Shown piece by piece: positions 8,948 to 18,066 of a DNA stretch of 64,000 bases. Source of the stretch: Parcubacteria group bacterium Gr01-1014_31 (GTDB lineage: Bacteria; Patescibacteriota; Patescibacteriia; Buchananbacterales; GWA2-38-13). The notes beneath the pieces were generated by a model. It was not told the origin of the DNA. It saw only the letters and a list, made by a program, of their open reading frames with translations, and searched no databases. How positions within the stretch are numbered: position 1 is the stretch's first letter; each line of letters opens with the position of its first letter. The translations under genes and the position numbers were made by a program. The stretch lies in contig VMFR01000002.1 of NCBI GenBank assembly GCA_007376135.1, positions 92,870 to 156,869 on the forward strand, in the 5' to 3' direction.

Positions 8948-9973
8948 TCAACAACTAAGCTGGTGGCAGACGCGCTGGTTACTGCCGCCCGGAATATGAA
9001 TCTGGGGTTTTGGCGACTGCAGCAACAAAGCAGGCGTTTGATGGTCGGGCAGAGCTAAGGCCAGGCCAGGACCCGTAGGGCAATGGACTGGCGAGCCCAC
9101 ACGGGCCGATGCGGGCGGCGTCAATAAAAATACGAAGAGCATCATCGCGACTGCGGTTGCGATGATGTGCACGAACGGCACGGGGGCAGAAGAAAAGCGT
9201 TGACCGGCAAGCGTGGCCACGCGGACGGAGATCAACCCACGTTGGGCGAATGCAACTGCCACCCCGCGGGGAACAGCGGCGGCGGAAAGCTGATAAAGCG
9301 CTCGTGCCAGCGCAGCTCGGCCACCGGGTTGATGCAGCGCAGCGTTATCCGCAGCTATTTCCTGCGCAACGGTATACCGCTGCCGCAACACGCCCACCAA
9401 GGGCAGAAAGAATAACGCCTGCTGCAGGGCCGTCAGAAGCGCCATGCGCATCGGATCCCGGCGCCGACGATGGTGATCTTCGTGGGCAAGCACTGCACTA
9501 AGTTCCGGCTCTTGTAACCGCGCTACCGTAGTGGTCGAAAGATATATTCTTGGATGGAAAAAACCGGTACAAAAGCACAGCGGCCGAGGTGAATCCACCA
9601 CCACCAGCGAGTCGGCGTTCAACCGCAACCGCCTTCGCAGCTGATGTATCGGCGTCGGCTCGATGTCAGTGATCAGGTCGGTCAGCGAGCGCCGCAAACG
9701 GTTCGTCGCCAGAACCTGCCAGAGCAGCGACCCAATACATACTACCGCGAGCATGGTTGGGATACTCAACGCCAGCAATAATTGGATCGGCATACCGACA
9801 AACAGCGAACCGAGTACCTCGGTGCAACGGGCACGCACCGCCATGACCACCTGCTGAACCTCGAACGATCGCAGGGCGCGCAGGAGTACTTGCCCCAGCA
9901 CGACAAAGACGCCAGTCCCTATGGCGAGCGCGGCTAAAAATGTTCCATCGTACCACTGGCGGAATCGCGTCAT
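8948..9973 (-). CDS. M56 family (BlaR1/MecR1-like) membrane metallopeptidase
   Basis: GFFHPRIYLS, AVLAHEDHHRRRRDP, QEIAAD. Confidence 0.9.
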   Translation of the reverse strand: MTRFRQWYDGTFLAALAIGTGVFVVLGQVLLRALRSFEVQQVVMAVRARCTEVLGSLFVGMPIQLLLALSIPTMLAVVCIGSLLWQVLATNRLRRSLTDLITDIEPTPIHQLRRRLRLNADSLVVVDSPRPLCFCTGFFHPRIYLSTTTVARLQEPELSAVLAHEDHHRRRRDPMRMALLTALQQALFFLPLVGVLRQRYTVAQEIAADNAALHQPGGRAALARALYQLSAAAVPRGVAVAFAQRGLISVRVATLAGQRFSSAPVPFVHIIATAVAMMLFVFLLTPPASARVGSPVHCPTGPGLALALPDHQTPALLLQSPKPQIHIPGGSNQRVCHQLSC

Positions 9974-9982
9974 ACCACAAGA

Positions 9983-10378
9983 TTATTCCCCTTTCGCGTG
10001 CTTTGCAGAACGGAGCTGATGCAGCAACCGCTTAAGCGCTTTGCGGTCGGTGCGCTGCAGCTCTTCGGCAAAACACGCGACGGCCACCGGACCGAACTGG
10101 CGTCTCATCTGCCCAAAAAACGTTTCTGCCGCCGACCGAAAAAACTGCTCTGGCGTAAAAACGGCTTGATAGTGGTGCACCTGCCCAGCCGCGCGTACGA
10201 GCAATCCTTTGACGGCCAGCCGATTGATAACGGTCAGGACCGTCGTATAGGCCAGATCACGGTTGCGCTGCAGGAGCCGCACGACCTCGCCGACCGGCAA
10301 TGGTTTTTGGTACGACCAAAAAATAGCCATCACTCGATGTTCGAGTTCACCCAGGAGTTGGCGCGGAATTCGTCTCAC
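9983..10378 (-). CDS. BlaI/MecI/CopY family repressor
   Basis: LGELEHRVMAIFW, AYTTVLTVINRLAVKG; GTG start. Confidence 0.92.
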   Translation of the reverse strand: MRRIPRQLLGELEHRVMAIFWSYQKPLPVGEVVRLLQRNRDLAYTTVLTVINRLAVKGLLVRAAGQVHHYQAVFTPEQFFRSAAETFFGQMRRQFGPVAVACFAEELQRTDRKALKRLLHQLRSAKHAKGE

Positions 10379-10379
10379 A

Positions 10380-10431
10380 AAGAATTACTACAGATTGTAG
10401 TTAGTGTTTACTACAATCTGTAGTAATTCTT
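10380..10431. promoter_or_regulatory. BlaI/CopY-type double operator (perfect 22-bp inverted repeat)
   Basis: AAGAATTACTACAGATTGTAGT-8 bp-ACTACAATCTGTAGTAATTCTT; each arm contains ACTACA-N3-TGTAGT. Confidence 0.85.
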
Positions 10432-10611
10432 ACAAGGAGTCAAGCAAAGTTATCCACACGAAATCTTGATGCCAAGGCCGCGCACCAGTTCTCGCCGTAA
10501 TTCACCCAACCACAACACAATCGGATGCCAATGGCACAGAATGTTTCTCTACCCGCCCGATTTCCTGATGCAAATTTGCAGGTGATCCCATCCTCCCGCG
10601 CGCCGTTAAAA

Positions 10612-10641
10612 AAAAACGAGAGGAAAATTCCTCTCGTTTTT
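10612..10641. terminator. Terminator hairpin downstream of the SWIB gene
   Basis: AAAAACGAGAGGAA-aa-TTCCTCTCGTTTTT. Confidence 0.7.
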
Positions 10642-10689
10642 CATCCCTTCTCTCGAAAGTTCGAAATCTCGTTTCCTGGTTGAACGCCG

Positions 10690-10944
10690 CTACGACAGGT
10701 GCTTGGAGACAAGCTTGGTCATTTCGAACATGCTGACGGTTGCCTGGCCGCCAAAGACTGCCTTGAGCTTCTCATCCGCGTTGATGTTGCGCTTGTTCTG
10801 GGCATCCTGCAGGTTGTTTTTCTTGATGTAAACCCACAGCTGTTTAGCAACTTCCGACCGGGGCATCGGCCCCGGGCCGATAACGGCTGCCAGCTCGGCG
10901 CTGACCTGCATTGGCTTCATGAACGCGGAATTGGCCTTTGGCAT
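10690..10944 (-). CDS. Stand-alone SWIB/MDM2 domain protein
   Basis: FMKPMQVSAELAAVIG...PRSEVAKQLWVYIKKNNLQD...MFEMTKLVSKHL. Confidence 0.92.
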   Translation of the reverse strand: MPKANSAFMKPMQVSAELAAVIGPGPMPRSEVAKQLWVYIKKNNLQDAQNKRNINADEKLKAVFGGQATVSMFEMTKLVSKHLS

Positions 10945-11015
10945 ACGGTTTTTATTGGTTAGTTGTTTAATGGTCTTTACTATAACACTATTTCCCTCCC
11001 AAGCGGAGGGGGCGC

Positions 11016-11453
11016 TTATTTCTTGCTGGTGCAGTTGAACATCCACTGGATGCCATACTTGTCGGTGCACGAACCGAAGTAATCGCCCCAGAACATCTCC
11101 TGCAGCTGCATGCCTACCTTGCCGCCCTTGGAGAGCGCCACAAACAAGCGATCCGTTTCGCCCCGTGTGTCGGGCTCCAGGTTGATGTGCATATTGTTCC
11201 CCGGGGTAACCGTGAAGCCCATGGACTCGGGCGCGTCGGTGCCCATTAGGACATGCCCGCCAAGGATTTTGATCTCCACATGCATGACCAGATTTTTGTC
11301 CGCCGCCGCCATCGGGGGCGTCCCTGGTTGCGGGGGGACCTCGGAGAACCGATGGATGCCATTGGTAAACTCGCCGCCGAACACCGATTTATAAAAATTG
11401 AACGCTTCCTCGGTCGTGCGAGGAAAATTCAGATACGTGCTGACTCGGGCCAT
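11016..11453 (-). CDS. VOC/PhnB family protein
   Basis: YLNF...AFNFYKSVFGG...MH...FWGDYFGSCTDKYGIQWM. Confidence 0.9.
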   Translation of the reverse strand: MARVSTYLNFPRTTEEAFNFYKSVFGGEFTNGIHRFSEVPPQPGTPPMAAADKNLVMHVEIKILGGHVLMGTDAPESMGFTVTPGNNMHINLEPDTRGETDRLFVALSKGGKVGMQLQEMFWGDYFGSCTDKYGIQWMFNCTSKK

Positions 11454-11539
11454 ACTGATGATAGTTACTTGGATAATTTAGATCTCCCTCGCGAGCGGAG
11501 AGGGAGGCTCAAAAAATCATATAGGAGTAACCCCCAGGG

Positions 11540-11624
11540 CGGAGAGGGAGGGATTCGAACCCTCGAACCCTTGCGGGTTACCGCATTTCGAGTGCGGCGC
11601 ACTAGTCCACTATGCGACCTCTCC
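11540..11624 (-). tRNA. tRNA-Ser (anticodon CGA), CCA not encoded
   Basis: GGAGAGG acceptor stem; anticodon arm CCGCA-CTCGAAA-TGCGG; long variable arm; GGTTCGAATCC T-loop. Confidence 0.95.
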
Positions 11625-11884
11625 GCTCTGGGGGTTAAAAAACATTTGGACGACCGGATATACCAGCACAAGTATGCGCGAATGGCATTACCCGCGGACC
11701 CCGCACCAATTTTGCACCAGGGAGACGGCCCCGCCATTCGGCGGGGTAAACTCCGCGCTGCGCCCTAAACGGGGAGGGCCTATTCGTCCAGCCCATTCCG
11801 CGAATGAGCTGGATTATTTCCGTACCTTTCTTTATTGTCCCACCCGCACACGTGCGGGCGTTCTGGAGGACGGAAAGTAAAATT

Positions 11885-11913
11885 ATGCTATACTGAAAAA
11901 AGCTAAAAGTCAA
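11885..11913. promoter_or_regulatory. Overlapping divergent promoters (tRNA leader on minus strand, galU on plus strand)
   Basis: Minus: TTGACT-17-TAGCAT. Plus: extended -10 TGcTATACT (11886-11894). Confidence 0.6.
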
Positions 11914-11942
11914 CGAAAAAAGGCTGAACCTCCTTATTTCTT

Positions 11943-12821
11943 ATGCCCTCTGTCCGCAAGCTCGTCATCCCCGTGGCGGGTCTCGGCACCCGCTTTCTCC
12001 CGGCCACCAAAGCGCAACCCAAGGAAATGCTGCCGCTCCTGGACAAGCCCATCATCCAGTACATCGTGGAAGAGGCAGTGCGCTCCGGCATCACCGACAT
12101 CATCCTGGTGACCGGCAAGACCAAGCGCGCCATTGAGGACCACTTCGACCGCGACGAGGAACTGGTCAACTACCTCAAGACCCACAACAAGGCCGAGGCG
12201 TCCGAGAATATCAGAAAGATATCCGAGATGGCCAATTTCATCTTCGTGCGCCAGAAGGGGCCGTACGGCAACGGCACGCCCGTGCTCAACGCGCGGCACA
12301 TCATCGGCGACGAGCCGTTCGCGGTGGTCTGGGGCGACGACATTTGGCGCTGCCCGACGGACCCGCACGTGGCGCAGCTGGTGTCCGTCTACGAGCGCTA
12401 CCACGACCCGGTCATCACGCTGAAGGAAACCGACGACGAGGGCGCGCGCCGCTACGGCATCGTGGAAGGCCCCGAGGTGCAGCCGGGCGTGTACCAGCTT
12501 AACCAGATCATGGAAAAGCCCGGGCCGGACAAAACGCGCAGCCGCCTGGCGTCGCACGGCGGGTACGTTTTCACCCCCGACATCTTTGACGCGCTGGCCG
12601 AGACCGCGCTGGGCCGCGACGGCGAGCTGTGGCTGGTGGACGCCATCGCCAACCTCCTGAAGCGCCGCACCATCTACGGCAAGGTCATCGAAGGCGAATT
12701 CTACGACACCGGCAACAAGATCGGCTGGCTGAAGGCCAACGTCGAGTTCGCGTTGCGCGATGCCCACGTCGGCCCGGCATTTGAAGCCCATCTGAAACGC
12801 CGCATATGCGATACCAAGTAA
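11943..12821 (+). CDS. galU: UTP-glucose-1-phosphate uridylyltransferase
   Basis: PVAGLGTRFLPATKAQPKEMLP, EKP, YDTG. Confidence 0.95.
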   Translation: MPSVRKLVIPVAGLGTRFLPATKAQPKEMLPLLDKPIIQYIVEEAVRSGITDIILVTGKTKRAIEDHFDRDEELVNYLKTHNKAEASENIRKISEMANFIFVRQKGPYGNGTPVLNARHIIGDEPFAVVWGDDIWRCPTDPHVAQLVSVYERYHDPVITLKETDDEGARRYGIVEGPEVQPGVYQLNQIMEKPGPDKTRSRLASHGGYVFTPDIFDALAETALGRDGELWLVDAIANLLKRRTIYGKVIEGEFYDTGNKIGWLKANVEFALRDAHVGPAFEAHLKRRICDTK

Positions 12822-14188
12822 ACCGCCGCCTGCTGCCGCTGTTGCTGCTCGGCACCCTCGTGCTGACCGCCGGATTCCGCTGCACGCTGGTGCCCCAGAA
12901 AGTCCGCGAGCTGCTCAAGCCCGTGACCCTGGACTGGTGGCGCGTCTACGATTCTCCCAGCGACCTTTCCGACATCATCAACAGCTACCGCGCCATCCAC
13001 CCCAACATCACCATCAACGTCCGCACGCTGCGCTACGAGGAGTTCCGCGACAAGCTGCTGGAAGCCTACGCCAAGCGGCAGGAGCCTGACATCATCTCCA
13101 TGCACGTGGGGTGGCTGCGCTATTACCTGCGCCAGGGGTTCATCCAACCGATGCCCGCCAGCGTCACGATGGCGTACCAAAAGACCCAAAAAACTTTGGG
13201 CGTGAAAGAAGAGGTATTGATCGAACAGCGCACCACCACGATGCCGTCCCTGGGCCAGCTGCAGGCGCAGTACCTGGATACGGTGGTGCGGGACATCATG
13301 ATCAGCGGCAAGGTCTACGGGTTCCCGCTGTCGGTGGACACGCTGGCGCTGTTCTACAACCGCGCGCTGTTCAACGCCGCCGGTATTCCCCTGCCGCCCG
13401 CCAGTTGGAACGAATTCCAGGAAATGGCGGCCAAGCTCACCCTGCGGGATGCCGACGGCAATATCCAGCAGGCCGGCGCGGCGCTGGGCACGGGCGCCAA
13501 CGTCCGCCGCGGCGCGGACGTGCTGTCCCTCCTGCTGCTGCAGAACGGCACCTACGTCATGACCGAGAGCGGCGCGGCGCAATTTCACATCGGCCCCAGC
13601 GGCCGCGACGCCTACCACCCGGGCCTGGAAGCGCTGCGCTTCTACACCGATTTTGCCAACCCGACCAAGGAAGTCTACAGCTGGAACGCGCAGCAGCCCG
13701 ATTCCATCTCGGCGTTCGCCGCCAGCCGCGTGGCCATGACCTTTGGCTACAGCTTTGACCTGGCCGAGATCAAGGCCGCCAGCCGCGGCCGGCTGAACAT
13801 GGGCGTGGTGCCCGTGCCCCAGCTCCCGGGCGTGAACGCCAACGTCGCCAGCTATTGGGTGGAAACGGTGTCCAGCCGCACCAACAACCCCAGCGAAGCC
13901 TGGGATTTCCTCCTCCACGCCGCCAAGGCCGAGGTGGTCAAAACCTATCTGGCCAAAACGGGCAAGCCCACGGCCCTGCGCGCGCTGGTCAACGACCAGA
14001 AGGCCTCCGACCAGCTGGGCCCGTTCGCCTCGCAGCTCCTGACGGCCCGCACCTGGTACTTCGGCTATGACATGGACACGGGCGAGAACGTCCTGCGCGA
14101 ACTCATCGAGGCCCTCCCGGTCAGCGCCGAGACGCCCGCGCGGCTGATGACCCAGGCGGCGCGCCGGCTGGAAGAAACCTCACGCTAA
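12806..14188 (+). CDS. Extracellular solute-binding protein (family 1-like)
   Basis: Signal/anchor with Cys, PDI, YGFPLSVDTLALFYNRALF, AWDFL. Confidence 0.88.
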   Translation: MRYQVNRRLLPLLLLGTLVLTAGFRCTLVPQKVRELLKPVTLDWWRVYDSPSDLSDIINSYRAIHPNITINVRTLRYEEFRDKLLEAYAKRQEPDIISMHVGWLRYYLRQGFIQPMPASVTMAYQKTQKTLGVKEEVLIEQRTTTMPSLGQLQAQYLDTVVRDIMISGKVYGFPLSVDTLALFYNRALFNAAGIPLPPASWNEFQEMAAKLTLRDADGNIQQAGAALGTGANVRRGADVLSLLLLQNGTYVMTESGAAQFHIGPSGRDAYHPGLEALRFYTDFANPTKEVYSWNAQQPDSISAFAASRVAMTFGYSFDLAEIKAASRGRLNMGVVPVPQLPGVNANVASYWVETVSSRTNNPSEAWDFLLHAAKAEVVKTYLAKTGKPTALRALVNDQKASDQLGPFASQLLTARTWYFGYDMDTGENVLRELIEALPVSAETPARLMTQAARRLEETSR

Positions 14189-14197
14189 CGCAACCCC

Positions 14198-14869
14198 ATG
14201 CGTTCATCCCGTTCCCTCATCCTGGCTGCCGCGCTCATGGCTGCGGCGTTCTTCGCCGCGCCGGACGCCGCCAATGCCCAGATGCACTGCTGCTGCGACG
14301 TGGAGTTCGAACGCTGCGCCCCTTCCCCCATCATGCAGGGACAGCCGGGCGTTGCCGGATACCCGTGTCCGCCAGTCGGCGACGAAACGCTGACCCTCTG
14401 GCGCGCCTCCAACGACCCGGCGTACCAGACGTGCTCAGCCTGGGTCAACCCGAACGCCGCTGAATTCCGTACCGCCGCCGAGCAGGAGGCGCGCGAACGC
14501 AGCTGGCTGAAGCTGGTCATCGGCACCGAACTCATCCCCGATGCCTGTCGCACCGGCGATGCGAAGGGCTGCACGCTGTCCCACCTGCTGCAGGTCCTTG
14601 CCAACGTCGCGCGGGCGATGCTGGCGTTGCTGGGCAGCGCGGCGTTCGCGATGTTCGTCTACGGCGGGGTGGTCTTTCTGACCTCCCAGGGCAACCAGGA
14701 GCGGGTCACTACGGGCCGGCGCATCCTCACCAATGCCGTATTGGGCATTCTGGTGGTGCTGGTATCCTGGACGGCGGTCAACTTCGTAGTGGTCGCCCTC
14801 AGCCAAGGCCGGGGCGGATTTGGCCAAATGGCCAACATCTTTGGCAATCAATGGAACCGCGGTCCATAA
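14198..14869 (+). CDS. VirB2/TrbC-like pilin with Cys-rich N-terminal extension
   Basis: Signal ending ANA-Q; seven Cys; YGGVVFLTSQGNQERVTTGRRILTNAVLG pilin core. Confidence 0.8.
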   Translation: MRSSRSLILAAALMAAAFFAAPDAANAQMHCCCDVEFERCAPSPIMQGQPGVAGYPCPPVGDETLTLWRASNDPAYQTCSAWVNPNAAEFRTAAEQEARERSWLKLVIGTELIPDACRTGDAKGCTLSHLLQVLANVARAMLALLGSAAFAMFVYGGVVFLTSQGNQERVTTGRRILTNAVLGILVVLVSWTAVNFVVVALSQGRGGFGQMANIFGNQWNRGP

Positions 14870-14871
14870 GG

Positions 14872-14924
14872 TGTGGATAACCGGTTTAAAATTTGTTGAC
14901 AGGTAGTGAAAAACCTTGTATAAT
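14872..14924 (+). promoter_or_regulatory. Consensus sigma70 promoter of the pilin array, preceded by a perfect DnaA box
   Basis: TGTGGATAA (14872-14880); TTGACA (14896-14901), 17 bp, TATAAT (14919-14924). Confidence 0.8.
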
Positions 14925-15029
14925 TACTGTGTTTTCCTTTGCATTTTGCTTGAAACATAGCAGAATAATGCGGCTGGAACCGGGCGGGTGACCGCTTGGC
15001 GCCGGCAGCACTCGGAAGGGGGTGAAACA

Positions 15030-15395
15030 ATGAAAAAAATTACTACAGGGATTGCTACGGCCGCGGGGCTGATCGCAGCACTGCCGGTCTTCGCCCAGCT
15101 CCCGGCGACGGTTAACCAGGGGTTAGCCTACTCGACGATCGTCGGCTGGGGTACCCAGGACCTTCGTACGACCATCATGCTCGTGATCAACATCATCATG
15201 GGCTTCCTGGGAATTATCGCCGTTATCATCATTCTCACCGGTGGATTCAAGTGGATGACCGCCGGCGGCAACGAGGAGAAGGTAGCGGAGTCCAAGAAGC
15301 TGATCATCGCTGGTATCGTTGGTTTGGCAATTATCTTTGGCGCCTACGCGATCGCGTCGTTCGTCATCAGTTCGCTGGTGAACGCCACGACCTAG
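15030..15395 (+). CDS. VirB2/TrbC-like pilin, probable major subunit
   Basis: GGFKWMTAGGNEEKVAESKKLIIAGIVG; SD-like GGGGGTGA; own promoter and terminator. Confidence 0.88.
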   Translation: MKKITTGIATAAGLIAALPVFAQLPATVNQGLAYSTIVGWGTQDLRTTIMLVINIIMGFLGIIAVIIILTGGFKWMTAGGNEEKVAESKKLIIAGIVGLAIIFGAYAIASFVISSLVNATT

Positions 15396-15417
15396 TTCGC
15401 AAGACTCCACAGAGGCA

Positions 15418-15444
15418 AAGGGCCCCGCTCGGCGGGGTCTTTTG
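15418..15444 (+). terminator. Terminator after the probable major pilin
   Basis: AAGGGCCCCGC-tcg-GCGGGGTCTTTT. Confidence 0.75.
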
Positions 15445-15507
15445 TTACGCCCGGCCGGTGGCGTTCGGGCCGCTGCTGCGATATAATGGGTTCATCACTT
15501 TTTCCCC

Positions 15508-15903
15508 ATGCGCCGCCGATCTGCCGCCATTGTTCTGACCCTCCTGCTGGGTGTTGCGCTGGCGACGCCGATTTCTGCGGCGTTGGCCCAGGGTGACGAC
15601 TACGGCCTGAACGAAACCTATACCGCCGCCACCGGGGAGCAACCGCCCGCGAACCCCGACCCCCTGCCTCAAACCCTTGGGCTCATCATCAACTGGACGC
15701 TCGGGCTGCTGGGCTTTGTTTTCCTGATGCTCATGATCTGGGCCGGCATCGGCTGGATGACGGCCGGCGGCAACGAGGAGAAGGTGACGAAAGCGAAAAC
15801 GATGATCAACGCTGCCATCGCCGGTATGGTCGTGGTCTTCATTTCCTACGCGCTGGCCGACGCTATCGTTGCCGCGCTGTCGGCGGCGTCCAATACCGGC
15901 TAG
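15508..15903 (+). CDS. VirB2/TrbC-like pilin paralog
   Basis: WAGIGWMTAGGNEEKVTKAK. Confidence 0.85.
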   Translation: MRRRSAAIVLTLLLGVALATPISAALAQGDDYGLNETYTAATGEQPPANPDPLPQTLGLIINWTLGLLGFVFLMLMIWAGIGWMTAGGNEEKVTKAKTMINAAIAGMVVVFISYALADAIVAALSAASNTG

Positions 15904-15911
15904 CTCTCCCT

Positions 15912-16319
15912 ATGCGCCCTCCCCGGCAACTCATTGCCCACACCGCCGCCGGCTTGCTGGTGTTCCCCGGCGCCGCCTTGGCCCAGAACGAATATCGCGG
16001 CATCGGCAAGGTCATCAACAAAGCGATGCGCGACACGGCGCTGTTCGCGGGGTTCATCCCCGAGAGCGGCCAGCCGCGCAACTTCATGCAGATCATGGGC
16101 GCCTACACCAACGGCATCATCACTTTTCTCGGCCTCATTTTCCTGGTGCTCATCATCTGGGCCGGCTTCAAGTGGATGACGGCCGCCGGCAATGAAGACC
16201 AGGTCACCAAGGCGCGCGGCTACATCAAGAATGCCGCCATCGGGCTGACCATCATCCTGGTGGCGCGGATGATCACCTACCTGCTGCTGGAGATCATCCA
16301 GCCCGCCGTCACGCCATAG
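15912..16319 (+). CDS. VirB2/TrbC-like pilin paralog
   Basis: WAGFKWMTAAGNEDQVTKAR. Confidence 0.85.
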   Translation: MRPPRQLIAHTAAGLLVFPGAALAQNEYRGIGKVINKAMRDTALFAGFIPESGQPRNFMQIMGAYTNGIITFLGLIFLVLIIWAGFKWMTAAGNEDQVTKARGYIKNAAIGLTIILVARMITYLLLEIIQPAVTP

Positions 16320-16322
16320 CCT

Positions 16323-16727
16323 ATGCACGCAAAAATCCCCTCGCTTCCCCGCTGGCTGGCTGCCGCCGTGGCGCTGGCGCCAAGCGCGGCGCTGGCACAA
16401 ACGACCCGCAGCGCGGGCGGGCTGTTCGCTAACATCCGCTCCAACATTGAAACATCGGGTATCATGCCGGGCACGGCCACCGACGCACAGCAGGTCATCG
16501 GTGGCATCATCACCGGCGTCATCGGGCTGCTGGGCGTCATTTTCTTCATCCTCATTCTCTACGGCGGGTACCTGTGGATGACGGCGCGCGGCAATGAGCA
16601 GCAGATAGAAAAAGCCAAGGACATCATCAAATCCTCCAGCATCGGGCTGGCGGTCGTGCTGGGCGCCTACCTCATCACGTTCATCGTGGTGCAGCTGCTC
16701 ATCAGCCAGACGCTAACGTCGCTGTAG
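16323..16727 (+). CDS. VirB2/TrbC-like pilin paralog
   Basis: YGGYLWMTARGNEQQIEKAK. Confidence 0.85.
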   Translation: MHAKIPSLPRWLAAAVALAPSAALAQTTRSAGGLFANIRSNIETSGIMPGTATDAQQVIGGIITGVIGLLGVIFFILILYGGYLWMTARGNEQQIEKAKDIIKSSSIGLAVVLGAYLITFIVVQLLISQTLTSL

Positions 16728-16731
16728 ACCT

Positions 16732-17148
16732 ATGCGCCGTAATTTCTCTACCTGGGCGTGGACGGCGGCGGGAATCGCAGCGGGCTTGCCCATGCCGGTG
16801 CTGGCGCAGACGCGCAACACTATTATGGGCCGCCTCATCAACACGGCGTCCATGTTTGGCCCGTTCCAAACCATCGACAATGAGCCGGGCGCAGGACTGC
16901 GGCAGGCGGCGCGTATCATCGGCCTTATCATCGGCAGCTTGCTCGCATTCTTGGGCATCGTGTTCATGCTCCTCATGATAACGTCGGGCATCCGTTGGAT
17001 GACGGCGCGCGGCAATGAGACGGAAATTGAAAAAGCCAAAGAAACCATCAAGAGCGCCGCCATCGGGCTGCTGGTGGTCGTGCTCTCCTACGCCTTTGTG
17101 ACCCTCATCAGCCGGATGGTGGTAGACACCGGCCTGCTACGCGGATAG
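16732..17148 (+). CDS. VirB2/TrbC-like pilin paralog
   Basis: SGIRWMTARGNETEIEKAK. Confidence 0.85.
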   Translation: MRRNFSTWAWTAAGIAAGLPMPVLAQTRNTIMGRLINTASMFGPFQTIDNEPGAGLRQAARIIGLIIGSLLAFLGIVFMLLMITSGIRWMTARGNETEIEKAKETIKSAAIGLLVVVLSYAFVTLISRMVVDTGLLRG

Positions 17149-17159
17149 TTTTTCTCCCT

Positions 17160-17543
17160 ATGTCGCATCGCTTTGCTTCGTGGACGAAAGGGCTGGCGGC
17201 CGCTCTGGCGCTCTTGCCCTACCGCGTGCTGGCGCAGGCCCCGCCGCTGTTCGGGCCGGGCAGCCTGGTGAACGAAACCTGCGAAGGCGCCGGGTTCAAC
17301 TGCAGCGAGCGCGACGAGACGTTCTTTGCCGAGGCGCTGGGCTCCGTCGTGTTCGCGCTGCTGTCGTTCACCGGCCTGGTATTCACCGCGCTCATCCTGT
17401 ACGGCGGGTATCACTGGATGCTGGCGCGCGGCAACGAGTCCGAGATCGACAAAGCCAAGTCCATCATCCGTTCGGCCATCATCGGGCTGGTCGTCACCCT
17501 GGCGTCCTACTCGGTGTGGATCGCCATCTCCTACTTTATCTAA
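17160..17543 (+). CDS. VirB2/TrbC-like pilin paralog
   Basis: YGGYHWMLARGNESEIDKAK. Confidence 0.85.
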   Translation: MSHRFASWTKGLAAALALLPYRVLAQAPPLFGPGSLVNETCEGAGFNCSERDETFFAEALGSVVFALLSFTGLVFTALILYGGYHWMLARGNESEIDKAKSIIRSAIIGLVVTLASYSVWIAISYFI

Positions 17544-17548
17544 CCACG

Positions 17549-17986
17549 ATGCGCCGCTTGACCTCCCGCGTGCTTCAAATCTTGGCCCCGCTGGTCGTAT
17601 TGTTCGCCACGGCGGCGCAGGCGCAAACCGGGCGCTTGCTGGGTGGCGGCCTGAGCGACCGGATGCGCGGCATCGCGGGGGTGTTTGCCCGCAACGTCGG
17701 GCTGCAGGAAACGCCGCTGTCGTTCGTCGTCGCGCGGGTCATCTTCATGTTCCTGGCCATCCTCGGCATCATTTTCGTCGGCCTCATCACCTACGCGGGC
17801 TACCACTGGCTGACCGCGCGCGGCAACGAGGAAAAGGTGCGCAAAGCCCAGGATACCCTGCGGCAGGCGACCTGGGGGCTCATCATTGTGCTGGCCGCCT
17901 ACTCCATTTCGTACTTCATCCTGGCGTACCTGCTGGGCGAATTCGGCACCGCCCCGCCGCCCCCGCTGACTGGCGGCGCAACATAA
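17549..17986 (+). CDS. VirB2/TrbC-like pilin paralog
   Basis: YAGYHWLTARGNEEKVRKAQ; start MRRLTS at 17549 within ORF 17180-17986. Confidence 0.85.
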   Translation: MRRLTSRVLQILAPLVVLFATAAQAQTGRLLGGGLSDRMRGIAGVFARNVGLQETPLSFVVARVIFMFLAILGIIFVGLITYAGYHWLTARGNEEKVRKAQDTLRQATWGLIIVLAAYSISYFILAYLLGEFGTAPPPPLTGGAT

Positions 17987-18066
17987 TACAACCCGGCAAA
18001 AAGAAGAACGGCGCAAAAGCATTGCCTTTGCGCCGTTTTCGAATCGAAGAACGATCCGCTTGCCCA

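Noticed and set aside
8948-10378. Beta-lactam resistance (bla) regulon
   Set aside because: No beta-lactamase and no penicillin-binding sensor domain nearby.
10690-10944. SWIB domain as a novel eukaryote-like gene
   Set aside because: Stand-alone SWIB proteins are already known in bacteria.
1-11540. Possible tRNA-anchored genomic island downstream of tRNA-Ser
   Set aside because: No integrase and no duplicated tRNA 3' end seen in the window; most genes have host-like GC.
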